From a virus, in the IMG/VR virus record IMGVR_UViG_3300019360_000002, positions 1 through 64,000 of that record: 64,000 nucleotides of DNA; one strand, 5' to 3'. Shown here piece by piece: positions 10,173 to 18,520 of the stretch (positions are counted from its first letter, which is position 1; each line of letters opens with the position of its first letter). Under the pieces are notes generated by a model. That model saw only the letters and a list, made by a program, of their open reading frames with translations, did not search any database and was not told the origin of the DNA. Position numbers and translations under genes: made by a program.

Positions 10173-10801
10173 GCTACATCGCAGGTAAGAACGGTCGCGC
10201 AATGGGCATGGGCTCGGGGGACTGGCAACGCGACATCCGCAAGGCCCACGACACGGTGCACGGGGTGACGCGAAACACCATCTCCGGCTACATGAGCCAG
10301 GCGGGGGTGTTCGACAACGTGAAGAGCTTTTTCACGCCAGCGTCGTCTGACGCGTTGCCCAAGCAGCTTCAGAAGGAGACCAATCGCTATGCCGGTGTCG
10401 CCTTCGCAACACCCATTGGCGAGGACGGTAAGATCGGCTCCGACACTGTTATAGCGGTGCGGGCCGTGGCGTCCTTCCTCATCAAGCAGGGGGCGGTGCA
10501 GTCCGATTCGTTTGTCCAGTCGGGCGCGTCGGCCAATGCGGCCTACATCCTCGCCCACGTGAGCGAGTACATCTCGATCTTCGACAGAGAGGCCAACAAG
10601 CGGGGCCTCACCGGCAAGAGCGCTCCCAAGCAGCGGCCGGAGAAAGTCTCCCTGCCCCTTCCCGGCGAGCCTCCACCCGGCGGCGGCATGCTCGACTCGC
10701 TCATGGCCGGCGGTGTGGGAGGGGTCTCACCCGTAATGCTTCTGGGCGGAGCCGCACTCGTCTACTACCTGGCGACTCGCAAGAAGAGGAAGGGACGTTG
10801 A
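10169..10801 (+). CDS. Tail-anchored membrane protein (MSY start; possible peptidoglycan-binding-like motif)
   Basis: LQKETN...IGEDGKIGSDT; ends MLLGGAALVYYLATRKKRKGR. Confidence 0.65.
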   Translation: MSYIAGKNGRAMGMGSGDWQRDIRKAHDTVHGVTRNTISGYMSQAGVFDNVKSFFTPASSDALPKQLQKETNRYAGVAFATPIGEDGKIGSDTVIAVRAVASFLIKQGAVQSDSFVQSGASANAAYILAHVSEYISIFDREANKRGLTGKSAPKQRPEKVSLPLPGEPPPGGGMLDSLMAGGVGGVSPVMLLGGAALVYYLATRKKRKGR

Positions 10802-10888
10802 TGAGCAAGTATTTCAGCCACGGCGCCTACATCACGACCGCCCTTCGGGCGGTCTGGAGACGCCGATGAGCAAGTATTTCAGCCACGG
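10800..10888. repeat. 24-bp direct repeat of a gene start flanking a hairpin
   Basis: GATGAGCAAGTATTTCAGCCACGG at 10800-10823 and 10865-10888; hairpin GACCGCCC-TTC-GGGCGGTC at 10836-10854. Confidence 0.8.
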
Positions 10889-11084
10889 GATGGCCCCCTA
10901 CGTCTACGACTGGCGTGGGCGAGCCTACTCGGCCAACGAGAACGGCTCACGTGTCAAGTCGGAGCTATCCGGCGTGATGGACGTGGTGAAGAGCCCGCTT
11001 GGCATTGGCGCGCTCGTCGTGGGCGCCATCCTCCTCTACCCGAAGGTGTTCGGCTCGGGACGAGTGCGGGTAACACGGCGGTAA
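10866..11084 (+). CDS. Small tail-anchored membrane protein
   Basis: 72 aa; GIGALVVGAILLY followed by a basic tail. Confidence 0.65.
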   Translation: MSKYFSHGMAPYVYDWRGRAYSANENGSRVKSELSGVMDVVKSPLGIGALVVGAILLYPKVFGSGRVRVTRR

Positions 11085-11087
11085 GAC

Positions 11088-11201
11088 ATGAAGGTCGAGA
11101 ATGATATTTGGTGGACAGAGCCCGGGGGTTTCATCCCAGAGGCGTTTGTCGTTCCTCTGCTCGGCCTGATTGTCGTACTGTGGTGGGGGGGACGCAGGTG
11201 A
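11088..11201 (+). CDS. 37-aa membrane peptide (not in the ORF track)
   Basis: MKVENDIWWTEPGGFIPEAFVVPLLGLIVVLWWGGRR; GTGA-coupled to the next gene. Confidence 0.55.
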   Translation: MKVENDIWWTEPGGFIPEAFVVPLLGLIVVLWWGGRR

Positions 11202-11515
11202 TCTACTCCGTCTACAGGCCCGAGACCGGCGTCTACGACTACTACGAGACGCCGGAGCAGACCGCCAAGAACCCTGACCCTCAGTTCCTCACGGGTCGCG
11301 GCGCCACGGCAGCGCTTGGCCTCTCATCTACCGATGCCGGCTGGCAGCTCCCCGGTAACGCCCGCAAGGTCGGCGAGGGCAAGCAAGCGCGCGGCATGAT
11401 TGCGACCCGCAACGGCGGTAGCCTGGGCGGCTTCGAGGTCCCCGGCGGTGGGTTCGGCGTGGCCGCGATCCTGGGCGGTCTGTGGTGGCTTTTCGGCGGA
11501 AGGAAGCGGCGATGA
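11198..11515 (+). CDS. Tail-anchored membrane protein
   Basis: GTG start VIYSVY; GSLGG; ends AAILGGLWWLFGGRKRR. Confidence 0.65.
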   Translation: MIYSVYRPETGVYDYYETPEQTAKNPDPQFLTGRGATAALGLSSTDAGWQLPGNARKVGEGKQARGMIATRNGGSLGGFEVPGGGFGVAAILGGLWWLFGGRKRR

Positions 11516-12042
11516 CGCACCGTCGTGTGAACCCCGGCGAGCCCCCGCCCGAGCTGGCGGAGGCGATCGACGGCTACGAGGACTTCCACGCTTGGGAGCC
11601 GCGCGAGATCGGCGAGATGAACCTCGTCATTCCGACCACGGTGTGTGTGGTGGGAGAGATGGTCCAGACCCTCTACCGATCGGACAAGTGGGAGAACAAG
11701 TCGAGCGATTACTTCCACGACCACGACCCAGGTGTGATGATCGGTCGAACCGACGCGGCGGCTCGGGTCGCAAACCCTGGCTGCCAGACCGGCGTTCGCC
11801 TGCCTCACTGGATCACGGACGCCAAGGCGGTGTACATGCTTGGTCGATGTCTGGGCTATTCGTACACGCAACCGGACGGCGAGCCCATCGAGGCCAAGGT
11901 CGGGCGTCCGTTGCCAGAGCTTTATGCTGTGCCCAATCGCAAGGCACTGCTCGTCATCGACACGGCGGGGGACACGGCCGAATGCTTGGCCGTGATCTGG
12001 GGCGGCAACCTCATCGTGAAAGACGTGGGTATCGTAGGATGA
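11512..12042 (+). CDS. Putative virion protein with N-terminal RRVNP motif
   Basis: ATGA-coupled start; 176 aa, beta-rich. Confidence 0.65.
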   Translation: MTHRRVNPGEPPPELAEAIDGYEDFHAWEPREIGEMNLVIPTTVCVVGEMVQTLYRSDKWENKSSDYFHDHDPGVMIGRTDAAARVANPGCQTGVRLPHWITDAKAVYMLGRCLGYSYTQPDGEPIEAKVGRPLPELYAVPNRKALLVIDTAGDTAECLAVIWGGNLIVKDVGIVG

Positions 12043-12329
12043 ACGAGGAAAACCGAGACGGGCTTTTACTCGCCATTCACTCGGAGGTGCGCGAGGTGCG
12101 CAAAGAGGTGGGCAACGTCCGCGAGGCTCAGGCCGCCATCTCCACCCGGCAGGAAGATCACACTGGGCGCATTCACCTCATCGAGACCAAGCAAGCCGAG
12201 CTGGGCAAGACGATCGGTGAGCACGGAGCGGCCAGGCACAAGCTATCCGGCGTATGGGTAGGCGCGGCGGCCGTCCTCGCGCTCGTCGCCTCCATGGCCG
12301 GTCTTCTCAAGATACTTCTGGGCAAGTAA
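12039..12329 (+). CDS. Coiled-coil protein with C-terminal TM (holin/XhlA-like architecture)
   Basis: Heptad-rich N-terminus; GVWVGAAAVLALVASMAGLLKILL. Confidence 0.55.
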   Translation: MNEENRDGLLLAIHSEVREVRKEVGNVREAQAAISTRQEDHTGRIHLIETKQAELGKTIGEHGAARHKLSGVWVGAAAVLALVASMAGLLKILLGK

Positions 12330-12348
12330 TCCTCGTTCGCAATTCTGC

Positions 12349-12378
12349 TTGACACAAAGTACTGTCTGAGTTCAAATT
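12349..12378 (+). promoter_or_regulatory. Sigma70-like promoter upstream of the core protein gene
   Basis: TTGACA at 12349, 17-18 bp spacer, TCAAAT/CAAATT. Confidence 0.45.
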
Positions 12379-12476
12379 TAGACTCGCAAGCGCCACTGCA
12401 CTCTCCGGTCAGTGGTGACGAGCTGGTCGCCCGTACTGCGTCGTTTACTGGCGGTCCGTCACCCTACGGAGAGAGC

Positions 12477-14045
12477 ATGCCCATCTGGTACGTGAACCCG
12501 AGTCGACCGCGAAAGCGCAGAAACGCTGCGCATCGCGTCACCCGCTCCTGGGCCGCCTCGCAGACCGGCCGGGCCACGAGCCCGAGCGGCATGCGGGCCA
12601 GACGTACCCAGGTTCGGCCCGTGGCGCGCACCATGCCGGGTTCGGCGTGGACACCTTCTCGGGCCAAGGCCAATGCTCGCAGGCGGAGAAACCCGGGCGG
12701 CCCTCTCCGTCTCTTCGGTGCCGCCGCCAAGGCACACGCCAAGAAGCAGCAGAAGCTTCGTCGGGCCAAGGCCCGCCGTTCGTTCCGAGATCACAAGGTG
12801 TCCGTACGTCGCCGTGGAAAAGTGACGACGGTGACCGTCAGAAACCCCAAAAAGAGAGGTTCAAGCATGAAGCGTCGTCGTCGCGCCCATCGCAATCCGT
12901 CTCCGAGCCGCCGTCGCCGTCGGGCGCGGCGCGCTCACGCGAACCCCATCCGTCGCCACCGTCAGCGTCGGAACCCGATGTACAAGGGGCACGCCAAGCA
13001 CAGGAAGGCGCAGCTCGCTCACCACCGCAAGTCGCCCAAGCGAGTTGCGGCTGGCAAGAAGGCGGCTCGCACGCGCAAGCGTCACGCCGCCGCCAAGAGC
13101 GGCACGCGTCGTCGCAAGTACCGTCGTGCCCCCACCCGGGGACGCGGCGTGAAGGCGCTGCGTCGTGCACGCAAGGCCATCCGCTACCAGCGCAAGCGCC
13201 GGGGCGGCAAGCGCGCCCGCGCCTACATGCGCCGTTACCGAATGAAGTCGAACCCGTCGCATCGCCGTCGTCGCAACCCGCGTCGCCGTCGTCACTACGG
13301 CGTGCGCTCGCTGCGTCGGGCGCGTCGCACCATCCGCCACCAGAAGCGGCGCGGTCGCGGCGCGGCCAAGTCGTTCATGCGGCACTACCGCATGCGCTCG
13401 AACCCGGGCGGGATCGTCGGCACGGTGGTGAGCGTCGTCAAGGCGGCGGTGCCCATCGCGCTGTCGTTCTACGGCGCGCGGTTCATCTCGGGCAAGATCT
13501 CCGAGAGGGTCCCGATGGTGAGCCGTCTTGGTCGCCACCGTGGTCCGGTGCTGGGCACCCTCCTCATCGTCGCCCAGGGCTTCGCGGCCAAGAAGGTCGC
13601 GTTCCTCGGTCGCCACAACTCCAGCATCATGGTCGGCCTCGGCGTGAACCTCGTCGACCAGCTCATCAAGGCGTACGCGCCGGCTAAGGTGCAGGCGTAC
13701 CTCGGTGACTCGTCCGACGTGTACTCGAACGCCATGATGGGCGAGTACATCGAGACCGGCGAGTACATCGAGACCGGTCTGGAGCAGGAGATGGGCGACT
13801 ACATCGAGACCGGCGCCCTGGAGCAGGAACTCGGCGACATGAGCCAGTCCGCCGAGGAAGAGCTGGGTCTGGAGCAGGAGATGGGCGGGTCGGCCGTGAT
13901 GAACGCGCCGGTTCCCACCCAGCGCATGCTCGCGCCCGTGCCGCAGCGCTCGTTCGTCGAGCAGGTGCCCCGCTGGACGCCCGCGTCGGACCGCAAGGAT
14001 CGCCTGTACCAGGGCATCTTCGCGGGCGGCTGGGGGGTTCGGTAA
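12477..14045 (+). CDS. Protamine-like DNA-condensing core protein with membrane domain and acidic repeats
   Basis: ~310 aa R/K/H-rich region punctuated by xNP motifs, then hydrophobic helices, then GEYIET/LEQEMG acidic repeats. Confidence 0.7.
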   Translation: MPIWYVNPSRPRKRRNAAHRVTRSWAASQTGRATSPSGMRARRTQVRPVARTMPGSAWTPSRAKANARRRRNPGGPLRLFGAAAKAHAKKQQKLRRAKARRSFRDHKVSVRRRGKVTTVTVRNPKKRGSSMKRRRRAHRNPSPSRRRRRARRAHANPIRRHRQRRNPMYKGHAKHRKAQLAHHRKSPKRVAAGKKAARTRKRHAAAKSGTRRRKYRRAPTRGRGVKALRRARKAIRYQRKRRGGKRARAYMRRYRMKSNPSHRRRRNPRRRRHYGVRSLRRARRTIRHQKRRGRGAAKSFMRHYRMRSNPGGIVGTVVSVVKAAVPIALSFYGARFISGKISERVPMVSRLGRHRGPVLGTLLIVAQGFAAKKVAFLGRHNSSIMVGLGVNLVDQLIKAYAPAKVQAYLGDSSDVYSNAMMGEYIETGEYIETGLEQEMGDYIETGALEQELGDMSQSAEEELGLEQEMGGSAVMNAPVPTQRMLAPVPQRSFVEQVPRWTPASDRKDRLYQGIFAGGWGVR

Positions 14046-14058
14046 CCTACTACTACAC

Positions 14059-14104
14059 CGGGGCCGGCGCGATGGCCCGTTGGGCGGAATAAGCGCCGGC
14101 CCCG
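14059..14104. terminator. 12-bp perfect inverted repeat (terminator or RNA processing/stability hairpin)
   Basis: CGGGGCCGGCGC at 14059-14070 and GCGCCGGCCCCG at 14093-14104; no immediate U-tract. Confidence 0.4.
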
Positions 14105-14243
14105 TGCAGACATACTGATTGACCTTCTTGTCTGACCTTCCTGTTTGAATCTTGCGAAGCACAACTTCAAACGGTCGGGAAGACACCCGCCCTGAGTCAC
14201 CCCAAATAGGGGGACCGAAGTTAAAACAGAAAGGAAGGTCACT

Positions 14244-15672
14244 ATGCCACGTCTTCATGGAGTCAAGGAGCGTCTGCACCAGCCGTTCTGGGACACGCTC
14301 GTCCGCACCACGGGTCCCCTGGCCACGCCGATCCAGCAGACCTCACGTCTGTTCGGCAACGCCAACGTAAACGGCCTGTAAGCCGTCCTGCGTCGCCGGG
14401 CAGTAATGCCTGGTTGGTACTGGGTGAATAAAACTGAAGTGATAGAGTGAGGGTAATGCTCAAGGACACTGACATCGCGTGGTTGGCCGGACTCATCGAC
14501 GGAGAGGGGTGTTTGTACCTCGCCGTTCGGTCCGACAACACGGCGACCCGGGTTTCGCGCAGGACTGGCGAGACCGTTCAGTACGGGCCGTACTTCCAGG
14601 TGCGCTGCGACTTCAAGCTAGCCATGGCCGATCGAGAAACGATCGTTACTGCGGCCGGCATGATCGCGGAGATCCTGGGAACCACCGATGGCGTGTTGTT
14701 CCGAGAGGAGCGCCGTAAGGTTGTTCGCGCTCGTCCGCTCTGGCGCGTCGAACTCAGCTCGAAGGGGGCAATCAACACGCTCCTGAGAACCATTCGACCG
14801 TTCGTTCGGACGAAGGCGATCGAGGCAGACCTTTGCCTTGACTATCTATCGCATCTTCTGATCACACCGTGGCACAAGGCCACCCTGCGTGATCTGGAGC
14901 TGGCGAGATTGGCAACCGAACTCCGTCACGGCAGCGGTGAAGCCCGTGCTCAGGCAATCGTCATCCTGAGCCAGGTAACGCCGAGCCAAGCCGCAGAGGG
15001 CACCGACAGCACGTCGGGCTCTGCGGAAGGTCTAGAGACTAGCCGGGTGAGCGCCAGCAATAACCCCGGCCACGAGCGCCCAGCACCCCACCTTGCCGCT
15101 GTCGGCGGCGAGAGGGTGAAGACATAGTCCGAACCCGGGCAAAAGCCCGAGCGCCGTCTAAACAGCGGCGATTCCGACGGTTGACTGTCGGAAACATTTG
15201 GGGAAATCTATCGTTGACGAACCTTCAGGTCGCCGGCCAGTTGGCCAGCGATCAGACGTACGTCATCCTGGCGCTGCGCGCCTGGCTGTACTTCGACGGC
15301 ACCAACCGCCGCTCGAACTACCTCCAGGTCGCGTCGCAGCTCTACTTCACCCTGACCATCGGCAACAAGCCGCTGTTCCAGGCGCCCTGCTGGTACTACC
15401 CGTCGGGCGGCGGCGTCTGGGGCTTCGATGCCCAGGCGTTCGCGGCCAACACGTCGGGCTCGATCTTCAACCTGGGTGACCCCACCCAGGAGTCGATCCT
15501 GAAGCTGGCCCGTCCGATCATGGTGCCGGTGCGCCAGAACTTCGCCGTCGAGGCGCAGTTCTTCACCGTCGGCGCCACCAACGTGCTCACCAACCTGAAC
15601 GCTGGCGCCGCCGACGATCAGAAGGTGATCATGTTCGTCATCGATGGATTGCAGACCAGAGACGTTCAGTAA
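14244..15672 (+). CDS. Putative major capsid protein 1 (single jelly-roll-like, 198 aa); exons 14244-14368 and 15201-15672
   Basis: AAGGAAGG RBS; spliced product RLFGNANV|GNLSLTNLQVAGQL matches the uninterrupted paralog RLFGNTNIGNLVICNLQVAGQL at ~34323; strong codon bias; beta-rich. The capsid role is inferred. Confidence 0.65.
14369..15200 (+). mobile_element. Group I self-splicing intron
   Basis: 5' exon ends in U and intron ends in G; Q-like GGTAACGCCGAGCCAAG (~14973), R GGAAGGTCTAGAGACTA (15025-15041), S GAAGACATAGTCC (15118-15130); P7 GACTA/TAGTC; candidate P3 GTACTGGGTG/CGCCCAGCAC; splicing restores the frame. Confidence 0.9.
14456..15127 (+). CDS. Intron-encoded single-motif LAGLIDADG homing endonuclease
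   Basis: DIAWLAGLIDGEGCL motif; LRTIRPFVRTK. Confidence 0.88.
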   Translation: MLKDTDIAWLAGLIDGEGCLYLAVRSDNTATRVSRRTGETVQYGPYFQVRCDFKLAMADRETIVTAAGMIAEILGTTDGVLFREERRKVVRARPLWRVELSSKGAINTLLRTIRPFVRTKAIEADLCLDYLSHLLITPWHKATLRDLELARLATELRHGSGEARAQAIVILSQVTPSQAAEGTDSTSGSAEGLETSRVSASNNPGHERPAPHLAAVGGERVKT

Positions 15673-15687
15673 CACAGAGTCGGGATT

Positions 15688-15727
15688 CCATGGTAGCCTT
15701 CTCTGTAGAAAGAGAGGGCTACCATGG
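15688..15727 (+). promoter_or_regulatory. Hairpin sequestering the RBS and ATG of the HNH gene
   Basis: CCATGGTAGCCTTCTCT pairs with AGAGAGGGCTACCATGG (17 bp, one G-U). Confidence 0.75.
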
Positions 15728-16350
15728 GGCCTGGCGATACGTTAGGACGGCTGACGATACGAAGGTTGTTTCACAAAAGGTCGGGCACCGGCAAATCGGT
15801 GCGAATGATCGAGGCGAAATGTGACTGCGGGCGAATCAAAAAGGCGCGTGAGAGTGACGTACGGAGCGGCAATGTCCGTTCTTGCGGCTGCTTTCGTCGT
15901 GATGTTATCGCTGCCCGCAGTACGACCCACGGTCAGTCGCGGGTCGGTAAACGAACAGAGCTGTACAAGCTCTGGAACGCGATGCACGACCGATGCCGGC
16001 GCAGCCCGTTCTACGTCGGTCGACAAGTACGTGTGTGTGATGAGTGGCTCGACTTCAACGCGTTTGAAGCGTACGTGGTCGAGAATCTCGGACCCAAACC
16101 AAAAGGCTACTCGCTCGATCGGATCGACAACGACAGGGACTACGAGCCGGGAAATATCAGGTACGGGTCTCCTACCGATCAAGCTAGGAATAGACGCAGC
16201 AACACGCTGCTCACGGTACGCGGTGAAACACTCTGTGTCGCAGAGTGGGCCGAGCGCATGGGTTATCACTCAGCTACCATCCTTCAGCGCAAACGACTCG
16301 GCTGGAGTGACGAAGACGCGGTGTTAAAACCGCTGCGTAAGAAGAAGTAG
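15724..16350 (+). CDS. Free-standing HNH homing endonuclease
   Basis: GRLTI...CDCG...SCGC...THG; W..M..RC; SLDRIDNDRDYEPGNIRY...QARNRR. Confidence 0.85.
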   Translation: MGPGDTLGRLTIRRLFHKRSGTGKSVRMIEAKCDCGRIKKARESDVRSGNVRSCGCFRRDVIAARSTTHGQSRVGKRTELYKLWNAMHDRCRRSPFYVGRQVRVCDEWLDFNAFEAYVVENLGPKPKGYSLDRIDNDRDYEPGNIRYGSPTDQARNRRSNTLLTVRGETLCVAEWAERMGYHSATILQRKRLGWSDEDAVLKPLRKKK

Positions 16351-16465
16351 CGCCAAGAATCAGTTGCGACTCGCAATACTGTTTGTCTTCCTGGGCTTGA
16401 AATCCTGTCAACCGGCGCAAGCCGTGTGGCTTCGGCCAACCCACCCCGGGAAGGGAGACATCGCG

Positions 16466-17095
16466 ATGCAGATCGACAACGCCACTGCGGCGCTCATTCG
16501 TCAGCTCCTCACGCCGTTCAAGAACGAGATCATCCGAACCAAGCAAGAGCTGGAGAAGGTCCGGCTCATGGCGGCGTCGCGTCCGCGTACGGTCACCGAG
16601 GAGATCGACGCGATCCCCGGCCGGCGCATCTACTTCACCTTGTCGCAGGTGCAGCAGTTCACCATCGCGCAGAACCACCAGCGCGGCCTGGCGATGAGCT
16701 TCTTAGTCTCCCAGGACGGCCCGTTCATCCAGACCCACTATCCGCTGGCGATGTGGCGTCCGAGCGCGCCCGCCGCCACCACGAACCTGGGTCGCTGGCG
16801 GCCGGTCTCGTCGTGGCCGCTGCCCGATCAGGTGGTCGACACCGACATCATCGATCTCAGCTACGAGGTCTCCGACGGCGGTTCTGTGCGCAACTTCCAG
16901 AACCTCCCCGTGTCGGCTGGCCTCCTGTCGCGCCCGGACAACATGATCCCCTTGCCGGTGCCGACGCTCTACACGCCGAACACGCCAATCCAGTTCATCC
17001 CGACCTACGAGAACATCCTGTTCGATTCGGCGATCCCGCCGACCGCAGGCATCTTGGTCGTGGGTCTGCCCGGCTACCGGATCGTCAACCTGTAA
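16466..17095 (+). CDS. Putative major capsid protein 2 (single jelly-roll-like with N-terminal helix)
   Basis: GGGAG RBS; 209 aa, beta-rich after a helical N-terminus; ends LVVGLPGYRIV; adjacent to MCP1. Confidence 0.55.
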   Translation: MQIDNATAALIRQLLTPFKNEIIRTKQELEKVRLMAASRPRTVTEEIDAIPGRRIYFTLSQVQQFTIAQNHQRGLAMSFLVSQDGPFIQTHYPLAMWRPSAPAATTNLGRWRPVSSWPLPDQVVDTDIIDLSYEVSDGGSVRNFQNLPVSAGLLSRPDNMIPLPVPTLYTPNTPIQFIPTYENILFDSAIPPTAGILVVGLPGYRIVNL

Positions 17096-17105
17096 GGAGG
17101 CGATC

Positions 17106-17642
17106 ATGAGTTACATCTCAACAGGCGCAGTGGGCTCACCGTCGGCGAACCGCCAGGCGATCATCGCCGCGCGCTCGGCCATCGGCGACTTCTTGAGCCT
17201 GCTCAAAGCGCAGCCGAAGACACTCAAGAACTCTCCGACGGTGATGAAGATCTTGCCGTCGAGCGACGAGACGTTCACCGGCCCGGGTGCCGACCCGGCC
17301 GGTCGCCTCGCACTCAGTCGCGCCATTGTACCGATGGTGTGGCCCGGCGCAAATGTCATCGCGTGGCCAGCGGAGCAGCTCGCTCAGTTCGAGGCGGCGT
17401 GGGGCGTGCTCACGGCGTACCTGGCAGCGGGCGGCAGCAAGAACACCAGCAAGCTCCAGTTCGCTAGAAACCTCACGGGCATTCAGGTCGCCATCAACCA
17501 GACCTCCGAGCTTCTGATGATCGTCGACGAGTTCATGGCGCGAGACGGAATTCCGCGCGGATCTAGCATCAAGCTCTACCTCGGCCTGGCCGCACTCCTG
17601 GGTCTGGCCGTATTTGCTGGAAAGAAAGGGGTTTTCAAATGA
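17106..17642 (+). CDS. Tail-anchored virion membrane protein (MSY family)
   Basis: MSYISTGAVG...LYLGLAALLGLAVFAGKKG. Confidence 0.7.
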   Translation: MSYISTGAVGSPSANRQAIIAARSAIGDFLSLLKAQPKTLKNSPTVMKILPSSDETFTGPGADPAGRLALSRAIVPMVWPGANVIAWPAEQLAQFEAAWGVLTAYLAAGGSKNTSKLQFARNLTGIQVAINQTSELLMIVDEFMARDGIPRGSSIKLYLGLAALLGLAVFAGKKGVFK

Positions 17643-18073
17643 GCTACGTCCTTCGCGGTGTCGGTGGAGCCGGCTCAGGTACCACTCCCAAGCCGAACAA
17701 GTATGGGGGCCGCGCACCCGGCAGACCTGTGCCTGGACCGGCCACGCTGCCCACGTGCGGTCGTCCTGGTCAGGCGCCGTGTCCGGGTGGCAGCTCGTCG
17801 GGCGGAGGTGGTGGGCAGCCGGTCGGCGACGGCTCGTACATGCTCGACCCTGGTGCGCGGCTCTACGCCACAGGCGACGCGACCGCAGGCGGCGTCATCG
17901 GCACGCTCATCGACGTGATCACGAGCCGGCCCGGCGCGCTCCTCATCTCGGGCACGCTCGCGTACCTGCTCTACAAGAGCCCGGCGGCGCGCAAGGAGCT
18001 GTGGGGCACGGCCAAGGGCCAGTACCACATGACCAAGGCACGTCTCGGCCCCAAGCACGGCCCGGCGTTCTAA
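17639..18073 (+). CDS. Virion membrane protein (MSY family)
   Basis: MSYVLRGVGG...GALLISGTLAYLLYK. Confidence 0.65.
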   Translation: MSYVLRGVGGAGSGTTPKPNKYGGRAPGRPVPGPATLPTCGRPGQAPCPGGSSSGGGGGQPVGDGSYMLDPGARLYATGDATAGGVIGTLIDVITSRPGALLISGTLAYLLYKSPAARKELWGTAKGQYHMTKARLGPKHGPAF

Positions 18074-18077
18074 CAAC

Positions 18078-18166
18078 TTCGACCCCTCTGGTCGTCCGTG
18101 GCGAGGACGACCAGAGACAACCGGAGAGCTGGCCGAAATTAGGCACGGACGACCAGAGGGGTTGAA
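18078..18166. repeat. Intergenic inverted repeat with a competing internal arm
   Basis: 18078-18100 pairs with 18144-18166 (23 bp, one G-U); GGACGACCAGAG at 18105-18116 is an alternative partner. Confidence 0.8.
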
Positions 18167-18190
18167 AACAAGAAGGGATTGCGAAGCGCA

Positions 18191-18520
18191 ATGAGCTACC
18201 TGGCGGACTACAGACGCGGCTACCGAGCACAGGGCGGCGTCCTGGACACCGCCGGACAGGCTCTCCAAGCCGCCGGCAAGGTGATCGAGGACCCGGCGTT
18301 GCCCGAGGTCACGAGGTTGGTCCTGCGTCTGAACGCCACCACCAAGGGCGGCGCCAAGGTGCCGGCCAAGGGTATCGGTCTCTCGTCCGCCGTCACACCG
18401 CTCAAGGGCTTCCTCTTCTACAGGGAGAACCCCTGGGTCGTACCCGTGGGTATTCTTGCCGTCCTCGGTGCCCCGTTCTACATGGGCTACCTGTTCGGCA
18501 AAAAAAGGAAACGCGCATGA
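18191..18520 (+). CDS. Tail-anchored virion membrane protein (MSY family)
   Basis: MSYLADY...VGILAVLGAPFYMGYLFGKKRKRA. Confidence 0.7.
   Translation: MSYLADYRRGYRAQGGVLDTAGQALQAAGKVIEDPALPEVTRLVLRLNATTKGGAKVPAKGIGLSSAVTPLKGFLFYRENPWVVPVGILAVLGAPFYMGYLFGKKRKRA

Noticed and set aside
12477-13400. Arg-rich ORF as a GC-frame artefact
   Set aside because: Kept as real: it has an RBS and promoter, periodic NP motifs, high Lys/His content, continuity with a TM domain and a paralog at 43898-44626
13740-13890. Short direct repeats resembling a CRISPR or DGR array
   Set aside because: In-frame coding repeats (GEYIET/LEQEMG) with no unique spacers; no reverse transcriptase in the window
15181-15672. 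163-aa ORF starting at TTG 15181 as a separate gene
   Set aside because: It is exon 2 of MCP1; its first codons are intron sequence
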